A stretch of 64,000 bases of DNA from an uncultured Solirubrobacterales bacterium (GTDB taxonomy: Bacteria > Actinomycetota > Thermoleophilia > Solirubrobacterales > 70-9). The translations under genes were made by a program, and so were the position numbers. The DNA is taken from assembly GCA_963717495.1 (NCBI GenBank), contig OY970339.1, positions 2,551,798 through 2,615,797 of the forward strand, written 5' to 3'. The stretch's first letter is position 1. Each line of letters starts with the position of its first letter. The notes below the pieces were generated by a model. That model did not search any database. It had not been told where the DNA came from and saw only the letters and a list, made by a program, of their open reading frames with translations. Shown here piece by piece: positions 51,388 through 59,979 of the stretch.

Positions 51388-53424
51388 ATGAACGATCAGC
51401 ACGTAGACCAATCGGCGCGCAAGCGCTCGAGCCGCCTCCCTGTGCGGCCCCCCCAGGTGAACTTCAAGGACGCCGCCGGCGCCTTCGGCGAGCGACTCGC
51501 CGCGATCGGGCGGTGGTTCCTCAAAGACCCGATGAACACGATGCTGATCGCCGCCTCGATCTTCCTCTCCGCCACCTTCTTCATCCTCCTCGACCAGATC
51601 CAGCCCAGCTCGGCCGGCGAAAAGGTGCCGCTGAGCAAGATCTTCAAGCTGACCGAGGACAAGCAGGTCGAGGTCGCGACCCTGCTCGACCAGGACTCGC
51701 GGGTGGTGATCGACACCGCCAACGGGCGCACCGTCTACGCTGCCTATCCGAGCTCGGACGCGCAGACCAACTCGCTGGTCAAAGCCCTGGCCGAAAGCGG
51801 CGCCGTGGTCACGATCGACCAGCAGGCCGATATCCCCTCGAAGCAGATCATGGTCCAGTTCCTGATCCCGATCCTGCTGCTGGTCTGCCTCTTCGTCCTC
51901 TTCACCCGGCTCGGCCAGGACGGCGGCGCCGGGGCCTTCGCCGGCTTCTCGAAATTCACCGGCAAAGGGCGCAAGAAAGGCGCCGAGTCCCCCGATCGGA
52001 CCACCTTCGACGACGTCGCCGGCGCCGGCGAAGCCCTGGCCGAGCTGCGCGAGATCCGCGACTACCTGGCCAACCCGGGCAAATATGCGGCGGTCGGGGC
52101 GCGGGCGCCGAAGGGCGTGCTGCTGGTCGGCCCCCCCGGCACCGGCAAGACGCTGCTGGCGAAGGCAACGGCGGGGGAGGCCGAGGCGACCTTCTTCTCA
52201 CTCTCCGGCTCGGACTTCGTCGAGTCGCTGGTCGGGGTCGGTGCCGCCCGTGTCCGCGACCTCTTCGCCAAGGCCCGCAAACAGGCGCCGGCGCTGATCT
52301 TCATCGACGAGCTCGACGCCGCCGGGCGCAAGCGTGGCGCCGGCGTCGGCCAGGGCAACGACGAGCGCGAGCAGACGCTGAACGCGATGCTGGTCGAGAT
52401 GGACGGCTTCGGCGGCGACGCCGGCGTCGTCGTCCTCGGCGCCACCAACCGTCCCGACATCCTCGACCCGGCGCTGCTGCGACCGGGCCGCTTCGACCGC
52501 CAGGTGACCGTCGACGTGCCCGACGTCCACGGCCGCCTCGACATCCTCACCCTGCACTGCAAGGGGCGGCCGCTGGCCCCGGGCACCTCGCTCGACGAGG
52601 TCGCGAAACTGACCTCGGGCTTCAGCGGCGCCGAGCTCGCCAACGTAATCAACGAGGCGGCGCTGCTGACCGTGCGCGAGGGCCGGGTCGAGATGGACCA
52701 GGCGACGCTGGAGGAGGCGATCGACCGGGTGATTGCCGGCCCGGCTCGCAAAAACCACGTGCTCAGCGAGGAGGAACGCTGGACGATCGCGATCCACGAG
52801 TCCGCCCACGCCGTGGTGATCCGCTCCAGCGGCCAGAAGATGACCACCCAGAAGGTCTCGATCGTCGCCCGCGGGCGCCAGATGGGGACCGCCGCGAACA
52901 TGCTCACCGACCGCGACGCGGTGGTCATGCAGGAGCCCGACATGCGCCGCCACCTGATCGCGATCGTGGCCGGTTTCGCGGCCGAGCGGATCGAGTTCGG
53001 CGTCGCCTCGACCGGCGTCCACGACGACCTCCACGCCGCCACCGGCCTGGCCCGGATGATGGTCACCTCCTACGGGATGTCGCCGGCGCTGGGCCCGGTG
53101 ACGATCGGCGAGAAAGCCGGCGAGGTCTTCCTCGGCGCCTCGCTGCAGGACATGGGCCAGGTCGCGCAGGCGACGCTGGAGACGATCGACAGTGAGGTCG
53201 AGCGGCTGGTCGGCGACTCGGTCAACCAGGCCGAGGCGATCCTCAGGACCAACTGGAGCGCCGTCTACGAGACGGCCAACGCGCTGATCGAGCACGAGAC
53301 GCTCTCCGGCCACGCGCTCGACGCCGTGCTTGCCTCGGTCCAGCCGACTCTGCTCGACTTCGGCACCAAGGTCGACGCGGAGGTGGAGACGCGCGAGTTC
53401 GAGGCCCAGTCGGAAGGTGAGTAG
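51388..53424 (+). CDS. ftsH: ATP-dependent zinc metalloprotease FtsH
   Basis: '[18 protein letters not shown]' (Walker A), 'IIFIDELDA', the SRH '[19 protein letters not shown]' and the zinc motif 'HESAHAVV'. Confidence 0.95.
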   Translation: MNDQHVDQSARKRSSRLPVRPPQVNFKDAAGAFGERLAAIGRWFLKDPMNTMLIAASIFLSATFFILLDQIQPSSAGEKVPLSKIFKLTEDKQVEVATLLDQDSRVVIDTANGRTVYAAYPSSDAQTNSLVKALAESGAVVTIDQQADIPSKQIMVQFLIPILLLVCLFVLFTRLGQDGGAGAFAGFSKFTGKGRKKGAESPDRTTFDDVAGAGEALAELREIRDYLANPGKYAAVGARAPKGVLLVGPPGTGKTLLAKATAGEAEATFFSLSGSDFVESLVGVGAARVRDLFAKARKQAPALIFIDELDAAGRKRGAGVGQGNDEREQTLNAMLVEMDGFGGDAGVVVLGATNRPDILDPALLRPGRFDRQVTVDVPDVHGRLDILTLHCKGRPLAPGTSLDEVAKLTSGFSGAELANVINEAALLTVREGRVEMDQATLEEAIDRVIAGPARKNHVLSEEERWTIAIHESAHAVVIRSSGQKMTTQKVSIVARGRQMGTAANMLTDRDAVVMQEPDMRRHLIAIVAGFAAERIEFGVASTGVHDDLHAATGLARMMVTSYGMSPALGPVTIGEKAGEVFLGASLQDMGQVAQATLETIDSEVERLVGDSVNQAEAILRTNWSAVYETANALIEHETLSGHALDAVLASVQPTLLDFGTKVDAEVETREFEAQSEGE

Positions 53425-55039
53425 AGCGGCGAAAACGGCGCTGGCCTCTCTCGCGGCGCTGCTGATCGCGGCGATCGGCTCAGGCTCTGCCCGCGCCGAC
53501 GCCCTGATCTGGCGCCTGGAGCAGCCGGCACCGCCGTCTGGCTCCCCCTTCAAAGTGCCGCTCGGAGCGCCGGGAGATCTCTCCTTCTGGGCCCCGAACC
53601 GCGGCTTGCTGACGGTCGAGGGCAACAGCACGATCCCGCGTGGCATCTTCAGCTGGAACGGCCAGAGCTGGCACCAGCTGGCGACCGTCTGTGGCGGGCC
53701 AGGCGACAGCGCGCGGATTGCCTGGGCCGGTCCCGACGAGTTCTGGGTGATCAGCGAACCAAGCCTGCCGCGCTCCGGCGCGGGCCTCGCCCTCTGTCGC
53801 TTCAAGGGCGGCCAGGTGGTCGGCTCCTGGAGCACCCGGGTCGACGCCGCCGACCCGTTCCGGCAGATGCTCTCGGCAACCTGCAACGGGCCGGGCGACT
53901 GCTGGTTCGGCGGTGTGGGATCTCAGGACGCCCTCGGCACCCGCATTGGCGCCTTCCACCTCCACTGGAATGGGTCCGACCTCGAATCGGTCTACGGCCC
54001 GCAGGGACGAGGGGTCAGCGACATGCAGTTCCACCAGGGCCGTCTCTATGAGTCCACCTATGTCGGGCGGGGTCCTGAAAACCGCGGCGAAGCGGTAGAG
54101 CTCGCCGAAACGGAGGCGGTGCCGAGGCTGATCCACACGGTCAGCGGCCATGCCTTCGCCAGTGATCCCTTCACGCCCGCCGCCCTGCCGGGCGTGCCCG
54201 GCGATGGCACCGAGCTGCTCGGCCTCGACAGCGACGGCACCGATCTCTGGGCGGTCGGCGGCGGGGCCGCGTCGGGGCCCTCGGCGCCGGCGGAAAAATC
54301 GGTGGCGCGTCCGCCCTTCGCCGCCAGGCTGGTCGCCGGTTCCTTCCAGGAGCTGGAGCTGACCGGCGGCGAATTCGGGCTCACCGACCGCCTCGGCGAC
54401 GTCGCCGCCATGCGCGGCAGCGAAGACGCGATCGCCACGGTGGTCCCCTTCGCCGACCGTCGCAGCACCAACAGCAAGGCGACCGTGGCCCGGATCGCGC
54501 CCGACGGCACGGCGACGACCACGCGCCTGCCGGCCTCGGGGGCGGGGCGCGGCAGCGCCGCCCGGGTCGCCTGCCCGGCCGTGAACGACTGCTGGATGGT
54601 CACCTGGGGCGGCTGGCTCTTCCACTACAGCGACGGCACTCCACTCGCGATCGACACCGACCCCAATTTCCAGGGCACGATCGATTTCCGCCCCAACGAG
54701 GCGGCCGAACAGTTCGTCCCCGATGCGCTTCCGGTCGACGATTCGCAGCTGTTCGCCCCGGCTCCGGTCGAAGACGCGAAAGCGAAGGAAGCGCGCATCC
54801 GCAAGCTGGCGCCGCTGCTGAAGCGGATCCGCTCGCGGCTTCAGGGGCTCGCGCTGACGGTCAGCTTCACCGTCACCCGGCGAGCGCGGGTCGCGCTGAT
54901 CGCCAAGCGCGGCGGCCGCACCGTCGCCCGCACGCCCAAGCGCACGTTCGGGCCCGGCCGCCACTCCCTCCTGCTCCACCTCAGCCGCGACCGCTACCCG
55001 ACCAAGCTGGCCTTCGACACCAAGGAGGTGAAGCGGTGA
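53417..55039 (+). CDS. Secreted beta-propeller-like protein with Arg/Lys-rich C-terminal module
   Basis: GTG 53417 overlaps the ftsH stop by 8 nt (start uncertain). Signal peptide 'ALASLAALLIAAIGSGSARA'. Trp/Gly-rich repeats ('FSWNGQSWHQL', 'HLHWNGSDLE', 'MVTWGGWLFHY'). Tail 'LALTVSFTVTRRARVALIAKRGGRTVARTPKRTF'. Confidence 0.7.
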   Translation: MSRAAKTALASLAALLIAAIGSGSARADALIWRLEQPAPPSGSPFKVPLGAPGDLSFWAPNRGLLTVEGNSTIPRGIFSWNGQSWHQLATVCGGPGDSARIAWAGPDEFWVISEPSLPRSGAGLALCRFKGGQVVGSWSTRVDAADPFRQMLSATCNGPGDCWFGGVGSQDALGTRIGAFHLHWNGSDLESVYGPQGRGVSDMQFHQGRLYESTYVGRGPENRGEAVELAETEAVPRLIHTVSGHAFASDPFTPAALPGVPGDGTELLGLDSDGTDLWAVGGGAASGPSAPAEKSVARPPFAARLVAGSFQELELTGGEFGLTDRLGDVAAMRGSEDAIATVVPFADRRSTNSKATVARIAPDGTATTTRLPASGAGRGSAARVACPAVNDCWMVTWGGWLFHYSDGTPLAIDTDPNFQGTIDFRPNEAAEQFVPDALPVDDSQLFAPAPVEDAKAKEARIRKLAPLLKRIRSRLQGLALTVSFTVTRRARVALIAKRGGRTVARTPKRTFGPGRHSLLLHLSRDRYPTKLAFDTKEVKR

Positions 55040-58000
55040 GCCGGGTGCAGGCGAATCGCCGCCGTCTCCTCGTCGCGACGAGCGTCTTCGCGGTCTCCAT
55101 CGCGCTCGCCTCGCTGGGGGCGCCGAGCGGTCGCGGCGAGCCATTGGCGCCCGGAGTGGGCCCGCTGCCCCTGCTTGGCACCGCCGACCCGGCGATGAGC
55201 CTGATGGGGGCGGCGCCGGCGGGCCAGCCAGGCGAGGCCTGGGGGTACAGGCAGCTGCCGGCCTCGGTCACCTCCGCCGAAGTCGGCACGCGGCCGCTCG
55301 CCTTCGGTCCTCCCCTGGAAGCGAGCAACCCGCGCGCCCAGCTCGCCTTCCTCCGCTACACCGACGCCAGCGGCTGGCAGGTCTACGAGACGCCGGTGGA
55401 CGCCTCCGGCAACCCCTACCGCGGCCCCACCCCGAACCGCCTCTCGGCGAGGATCACCCGCGAGGGCGGGGGGGTGCTCGTCGGTCGCGACCCGACCCGG
55501 CCGACGAGCGACCAGGTGGTTGTGCTCGACCACGATCCCGGCGGCCCCTGGAAAGCGCTGCAAGCGCCGCCGGCGACGGTCCTGCTCCCAGCCGAAGGCG
55601 AAAGACCGGCGGAGACCCTGGCCGCGGAGCTCGGTGCCGGCCAGATCGCCAACGCCGCCTTCGACGAAGGCGGCCACACCGGCCTCTTCTTCGCCCCAAC
55701 CGGCCGTTCGGTCGCCGACGCGGTTATCCGCTACGACGGCGCCAAAGCCGAATGGGCCCGCGAGCCGGTCAAAGTCCCGCTCGGCTCGGAGACCGAGTTC
55801 CAAATCCTCGCGATCGACGCCACCGGCCTCGGCAACGCCTGGGCGATCGCCGATGCGGCCGACGGGCTGGGGCGCTCGGTGGTCCTGTTGCAGCGGACCA
55901 TCACCCCCGAAGGCCCGCTCTGGGTCGAGCGGGGGCTGGGCGCCGCCCAGTTCGCCGACCGCGAAACGCCGGCGCTGGGAATCTCAGGACTGGCCCCGAT
56001 CGGCGGCGCCGCGCAGCCGCTGACGGTGACCGCGAGCGGGGTCTGGATTGATCTCACCGGAACGATCGGGGGCGCCAGCCGCGACGTCACGGTGTACTAC
56101 GACATCGGCGCCGGCGCCGTGACCAGCTCCTGGTGCGACGTGGAAGCGGTCTGCGGCACGCGCAGGCTCGGTGTCAAGCTCTCGCGCCAGGTCGGCTACC
56201 GCAGCTTCGCCTGGCCCGGCGCCGGCGCCGGCTCCAGGGTCGTCACCAACCCGCTCGACGTCGATGGCGGCGAGGAAACCAATCGCGGCACCTATCTGCG
56301 GCTGAGCGGGGAAAGCTTTGCGCGGATGCCCGGCGCCGGCGGCAACTTCCGCGCCGGCGGCGCTTTCTACAACGACCAGAGCGGCTGGCTGGACGGTCCG
56401 CTTGAGATCTCGGGCAAGGCCGCGCCCGACCTCCTGCGCCCCTGGCCGATCTCGCTGAGAGCGCCGCTGACCGCGGCGACGACGGCGCCGGGCTCCGCGC
56501 CGGGCTCGCTTGCCTCGGGCGCCCTGACGGTCGGAGTCGATGGCAGCGTCGCCCGCTACGCCCCCGGCAAGGGCTGGCAGCGCGAGTTCCTGCTCAGCGC
56601 CAGCGGCGCGGTCAGGAAGCCGGTCCTGCGTGGCGTCGCCTGGCCGGAACGGGGACACGCCTACGCGGTCGGGGACCTCGGGGCGATATGGGAGTGGAAC
56701 GCGAGCGACGGCCTCTGGATCGCCGATCCCGGGGTTCCGATCGGCTTCGAGGGCAACCTCACCGGCGTCGCCTTCGATCCCGCCGAACCCGATCGCGGCT
56801 TCGCCGTCGGCAAGGACGGTGTCCTGCTCCGCTTCGGCAAGAGCTGGGAGCAAGACGTCCTGCCCCCTGGTTTCGCCGGCCGCAGCTTCACCTCGATCGC
56901 CTTCGCCGGCCGCGAGGCGATCGTCGCCGCCGGCGGCGACCTCCTGGTCGAAGACGGTGGCGGCTGGCACGCCGACGCCTCGGCCCAGGCGCTGCTGCGC
57001 GGCGCCCCCGGCGCGCAGCCCTACATCTACGCGGTCGCGGGGCTGCCCGACGGCGGTGCCGTCGCGGCGGGCCGCGACGTGGTGATCGAGCGCGACGGTG
57101 GCCCCGGCACGCCCTGGCGCTTCTCCAAGCAGCCGATTCCGGGCTCGACCGCGATCGCCGCCGCCGCGGTGCGCGACGGTGGGGTCCGCGCGATCGTCTC
57201 GGTCGTTCCGCAGCTCTCCTTCCCGCCCGCCGACGATGTGCCGCCGCCCGACCCAACCGTGCCGCCGCCGATCCTGCCGCCGTTCGCGTTGCCCGGCGAC
57301 GGCTATCTGCTGCGCGAGACCGCGAACGGCTGGGAGGACGAGCAGCGGACCAGCTTCGCCGGCTCCGGAGCGGACCGGCCGCTGAAGAGCGACCCGGTGC
57401 TGGCGCTCCTGCTCGACTCCGCCGGCGCCGGCTGGGTGGTCGGCGGCTGGAGCGGCCACGCCGACATCACCGGCCGCGGCACCTCTGCCAGCGGCAGTGC
57501 CGCAAGTGCCATTCGCGCCCGGGTCAGGACCGCCTCGATCGCTCGCTTCGGCGCCGCCGCCGCCCCGGCCCCGGTCGCCGCCAGAAGCACGCCGGTCCCC
57601 CTGCCCGGCGGTCCGGTCCGTTTCGCCGTCGCCGGCAACGCGACCTGCGAGGAAGCCTGCGCCGACCTCGCCCCGCAGTCGATCGGGCCTGACAGGACCC
57701 TCAGCGCCGCCCTGCGGCTGGCCGGGGCGATGCACGGCGCGGCCGCCGGCCCCCGGGCGCTGCTTTACACCGGCAACCGGGTCGCCACGGGGCTCGGCCA
57801 GGCCGACGGCGAACGCTATGCGGTCCTGCTGGGCTCCGAACCGAGCCTTCCGGTGTTTCCCGCCGTGGGCTCCGGCGATGTCAGCAACGGCCTCGGTTCG
57901 AGCGTGTTCGCGACGTCCTTCGCCGGATTCCCGGCACCGCTGGGGACGGGCGCCGCGGCCGCGGGAATCTCGACCGCCGGCATTCCGGGCGCCCCCGCCC

Positions 58001-59511
58001 CCGCCGGCGCCCGCACCCACTACGCGTTCGACAGCAGCGGGCCGGGCGGCACCGTGCGCGTGATCGTTCTCGACAATTCGCACGGGTCGCTGGCCACCAG
58101 CGACCCCTATCAGAACCCGCCGGAGGCTCAGCTGCCCTGGCTCGAAGCGGTGCTTGCCGATGCCCGCGCCAGGGGAATCCCCACCGTGGCAATGGGCAAC
58201 CGCAGCCTCAACGCCAACTTCACGCCGAAGCTCAACGTTGCCGACGATGGCACCGAGGTGGCGCGGGTGCTGGTCGACGGCGGCGCCTCGGCCTACCTCT
58301 TCGACCGCCCTGAAGAGAACCGGACGATGCGAATCCCGGCTGGTGGCGCCACCACGATCCCCAGCTTCGGGACCGGCACGCTCGGCTATCGCTCCGAGCT
58401 CTCGGGCGTGGTCGGCGGCAGCGCCGCCGACTCCCTGTTCGGCGACAGCGGGATGATGCTGTTCGAACTCGACGCCTCCAAGCGCGATCCGGGCACGAAC
58501 CGGGCACCGGTCAACATCAGGCTGATCCCGGTGATCCAGGACCTCACGCTCGAGGCGACGGACGGGACCCTGCTGCGCCGTTCGATTCCGGCCCTGTTCA
58601 GCGGCCTCGGCCGCCGACCGCTGGGGGGCGACCGCTGGGGCGTCTCCTCAGCCGGGTCGGGGATTCCAAGCCCTTCCGGCAGCACTCCATACACCGCGTT
58701 CCCACCAGAACCGTGCCTGGTCGCGGGCTGTGCGGACCGGATCGCTCCCGAATACAGCTTCACCTCCTCGGATCCGGACATCGCCGATTTCGTGCGCCAG
58801 GATCCCGCCTCGGCCAACCTCCACAAGCCCTTCCTGGACCAGAGCGACAAGGTCGTCACCGACAACAGCTCCGGCCTGCTCTGCCCCTTCAACGCCGGCA
58901 CCACGACGCTGACGGTCAGCGCTGGCGGCTTCTCCTACTCCGAAGCGGTGACGATCCAGGGCGGCAGCGTCCGCCGTCCGTGCGGGACCCGGCCACTGCG
59001 GCCGGATCGCTTCAAACGCGCCGCCAGCGTCACCACCCCGCCGCCGCCTCCGCCGCCGCCGCCCGGATCCAGTCCGCCGGTGGATCTCGTCCCGCCCGCC
59101 CCGGCGCCGTTGACGCCCCCGGCCACCCCGCCGCCACCCCCGACCCCCGTCAACGTGATCCCGCCCGCGCCGCTGGCCCCGGCGGCGTTCATCCCCTTCG
59201 CCGGCCTCGTCGCCGCCGTGCCTGCGGCCGTGCTGCCGCCTCCGCCGCCGGTCGTGCGCCCGCTGCCCCCAGGCGGGGCGCCGGCACGGACCTACCAGGT
59301 CGAGGAAAAGCGCGAAGAGGAGGCGGCGATCGAGGAGTCCCAGGCCTTCTCCCGCTACGAAAGCGAGGACGAAGGCCTGACCGTGCCGCCCTACCTGCTG
59401 GGCCTGATCGTGATCGCCGCGATCGGCGGCGCCACGGTTCGCGGCGGCCCCCGCGACAAGCGCCGCGCGGCTCCGGCGGCCGCCAGCACGGGCCGGCGCC
59501 GACGCTACTGA
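55036..59511 (+). CDS. Giant (1491 aa) secreted/tail-anchored protein: beta-propeller repeats, metallophosphoesterase-like region, Big_2-like Ig domain, poly-Pro stalk and C-terminal TM anchor
   Basis: - GTGA overlap with the upstream stop; RBS aaggagg. Signal 'LLVATSVFAVSIALASLGAPS'.
- Ycf48/BNR-like repeats ('GNAWAIADAADG', 'HAYAVGDLGAIWEW', 'RGFAVGKDGVLLRFG').
- 'VRVIVLDNSHG...VAMGNRSL' is a degenerate GNHx motif.
- 'SSDPDIADFV...GTTTLTVSAGG'.
- Poly-Pro stalk 'PPPPPPPPPGSSPP...'.
- TM anchor 'YLLGLIVIAAIGGATV' followed by 'RGGPRDKRR'. Confidence 0.8.
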   Translation: MSRVQANRRRLLVATSVFAVSIALASLGAPSGRGEPLAPGVGPLPLLGTADPAMSLMGAAPAGQPGEAWGYRQLPASVTSAEVGTRPLAFGPPLEASNPRAQLAFLRYTDASGWQVYETPVDASGNPYRGPTPNRLSARITREGGGVLVGRDPTRPTSDQVVVLDHDPGGPWKALQAPPATVLLPAEGERPAETLAAELGAGQIANAAFDEGGHTGLFFAPTGRSVADAVIRYDGAKAEWAREPVKVPLGSETEFQILAIDATGLGNAWAIADAADGLGRSVVLLQRTITPEGPLWVERGLGAAQFADRETPALGISGLAPIGGAAQPLTVTASGVWIDLTGTIGGASRDVTVYYDIGAGAVTSSWCDVEAVCGTRRLGVKLSRQVGYRSFAWPGAGAGSRVVTNPLDVDGGEETNRGTYLRLSGESFARMPGAGGNFRAGGAFYNDQSGWLDGPLEISGKAAPDLLRPWPISLRAPLTAATTAPGSAPGSLASGALTVGVDGSVARYAPGKGWQREFLLSASGAVRKPVLRGVAWPERGHAYAVGDLGAIWEWNASDGLWIADPGVPIGFEGNLTGVAFDPAEPDRGFAVGKDGVLLRFGKSWEQDVLPPGFAGRSFTSIAFAGREAIVAAGGDLLVEDGGGWHADASAQALLRGAPGAQPYIYAVAGLPDGGAVAAGRDVVIERDGGPGTPWRFSKQPIPGSTAIAAAAVRDGGVRAIVSVVPQLSFPPADDVPPPDPTVPPPILPPFALPGDGYLLRETANGWEDEQRTSFAGSGADRPLKSDPVLALLLDSAGAGWVVGGWSGHADITGRGTSASGSAASAIRARVRTASIARFGAAAAPAPVAARSTPVPLPGGPVRFAVAGNATCEEACADLAPQSIGPDRTLSAALRLAGAMHGAAAGPRALLYTGNRVATGLGQADGERYAVLLGSEPSLPVFPAVGSGDVSNGLGSSVFATSFAGFPAPLGTGAAAAGISTAGIPGAPAPAGARTHYAFDSSGPGGTVRVIVLDNSHGSLATSDPYQNPPEAQLPWLEAVLADARARGIPTVAMGNRSLNANFTPKLNVADDGTEVARVLVDGGASAYLFDRPEENRTMRIPAGGATTIPSFGTGTLGYRSELSGVVGGSAADSLFGDSGMMLFELDASKRDPGTNRAPVNIRLIPVIQDLTLEATDGTLLRRSIPALFSGLGRRPLGGDRWGVSSAGSGIPSPSGSTPYTAFPPEPCLVAGCADRIAPEYSFTSSDPDIADFVRQDPASANLHKPFLDQSDKVVTDNSSGLLCPFNAGTTTLTVSAGGFSYSEAVTIQGGSVRRPCGTRPLRPDRFKRAASVTTPPPPPPPPPGSSPPVDLVPPAPAPLTPPATPPPPPTPVNVIPPAPLAPAAFIPFAGLVAAVPAAVLPPPPPVVRPLPPGGAPARTYQVEEKREEEAAIEESQAFSRYESEDEGLTVPPYLLGLIVIAAIGGATVRGGPRDKRRAAPAAASTGRRRRY

Positions 59512-59524
59512 GCCGGGGACCTAG

Positions 59525-59875
59525 CTACGCGATCCGTTCCGGGGTGAAGCGGTAGCCGATGCCGAAATGAGTGTGGATGTAGCGCCAGTCGGGGGCGGCC
59601 AGCTCCAGCTTGCCGCGCACCTTGCGCACGAGAACGTCGACCGAGCGGTCCCGGCGTGACATCTCCCCGCCCCACATCAGCTCGTAGACCTCGGGCCGCT
59701 GGACGACGCTGTCGAGCCGCTTCGCGAGCAGGAAGAAGAGCTCGAACTCGCGCACGGTGAAGCCGACCCGCCTGTCGCCGACCAGCACCTGCAGTTCGGC
59801 CGGCCGGATCTCGAGGTTGGCCAGGCGCATCACGCCCCCGCTGGGCGCGGCGGAGGTCGGCGGTTCGGCCAGCAT
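59525..59875 (-). CDS. Stand-alone OmpR/PhoB-type winged-helix DNA-binding protein (no receiver domain)
   Basis: 'LQVLVGDRRVGFTVREFELFFLLAKRLDSVVQRPEVYELMWGG...VDVLVRKVRGKLE...IHTHFGIGYRF' is the trans_reg_C signature. The start is uncertain (59875 or 59830; the track ORF extends to 59983). Confidence 0.75.
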   Translation of the reverse strand: MLAEPPTSAAPSGGVMRLANLEIRPAELQVLVGDRRVGFTVREFELFFLLAKRLDSVVQRPEVYELMWGGEMSRRDRSVDVLVRKVRGKLELAAPDWRYIHTHFGIGYRFTPERIA

Positions 59876-59979
59876 CGAGCCGTACCCTTTCCCGGCCGCG
59901 CGCCCAGACGGTGAAGGGCCTGTTTCGATTTGGAGAAGATTTGGTGAACCGACCCAGGAGGGCCTCCCGGGTGCGCTCG

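Noticed and set aside
57990-58330. Calling the central region of the 1491-aa protein an active calcineurin-like metallophosphoesterase.
   Set aside because: Only loose resemblance is present ('VIVLDNSHG', 'AMGNRSL' in place of GNHD/E). The key metal-ligand motifs look degenerate, so I mention it only as a possible inactive fold.
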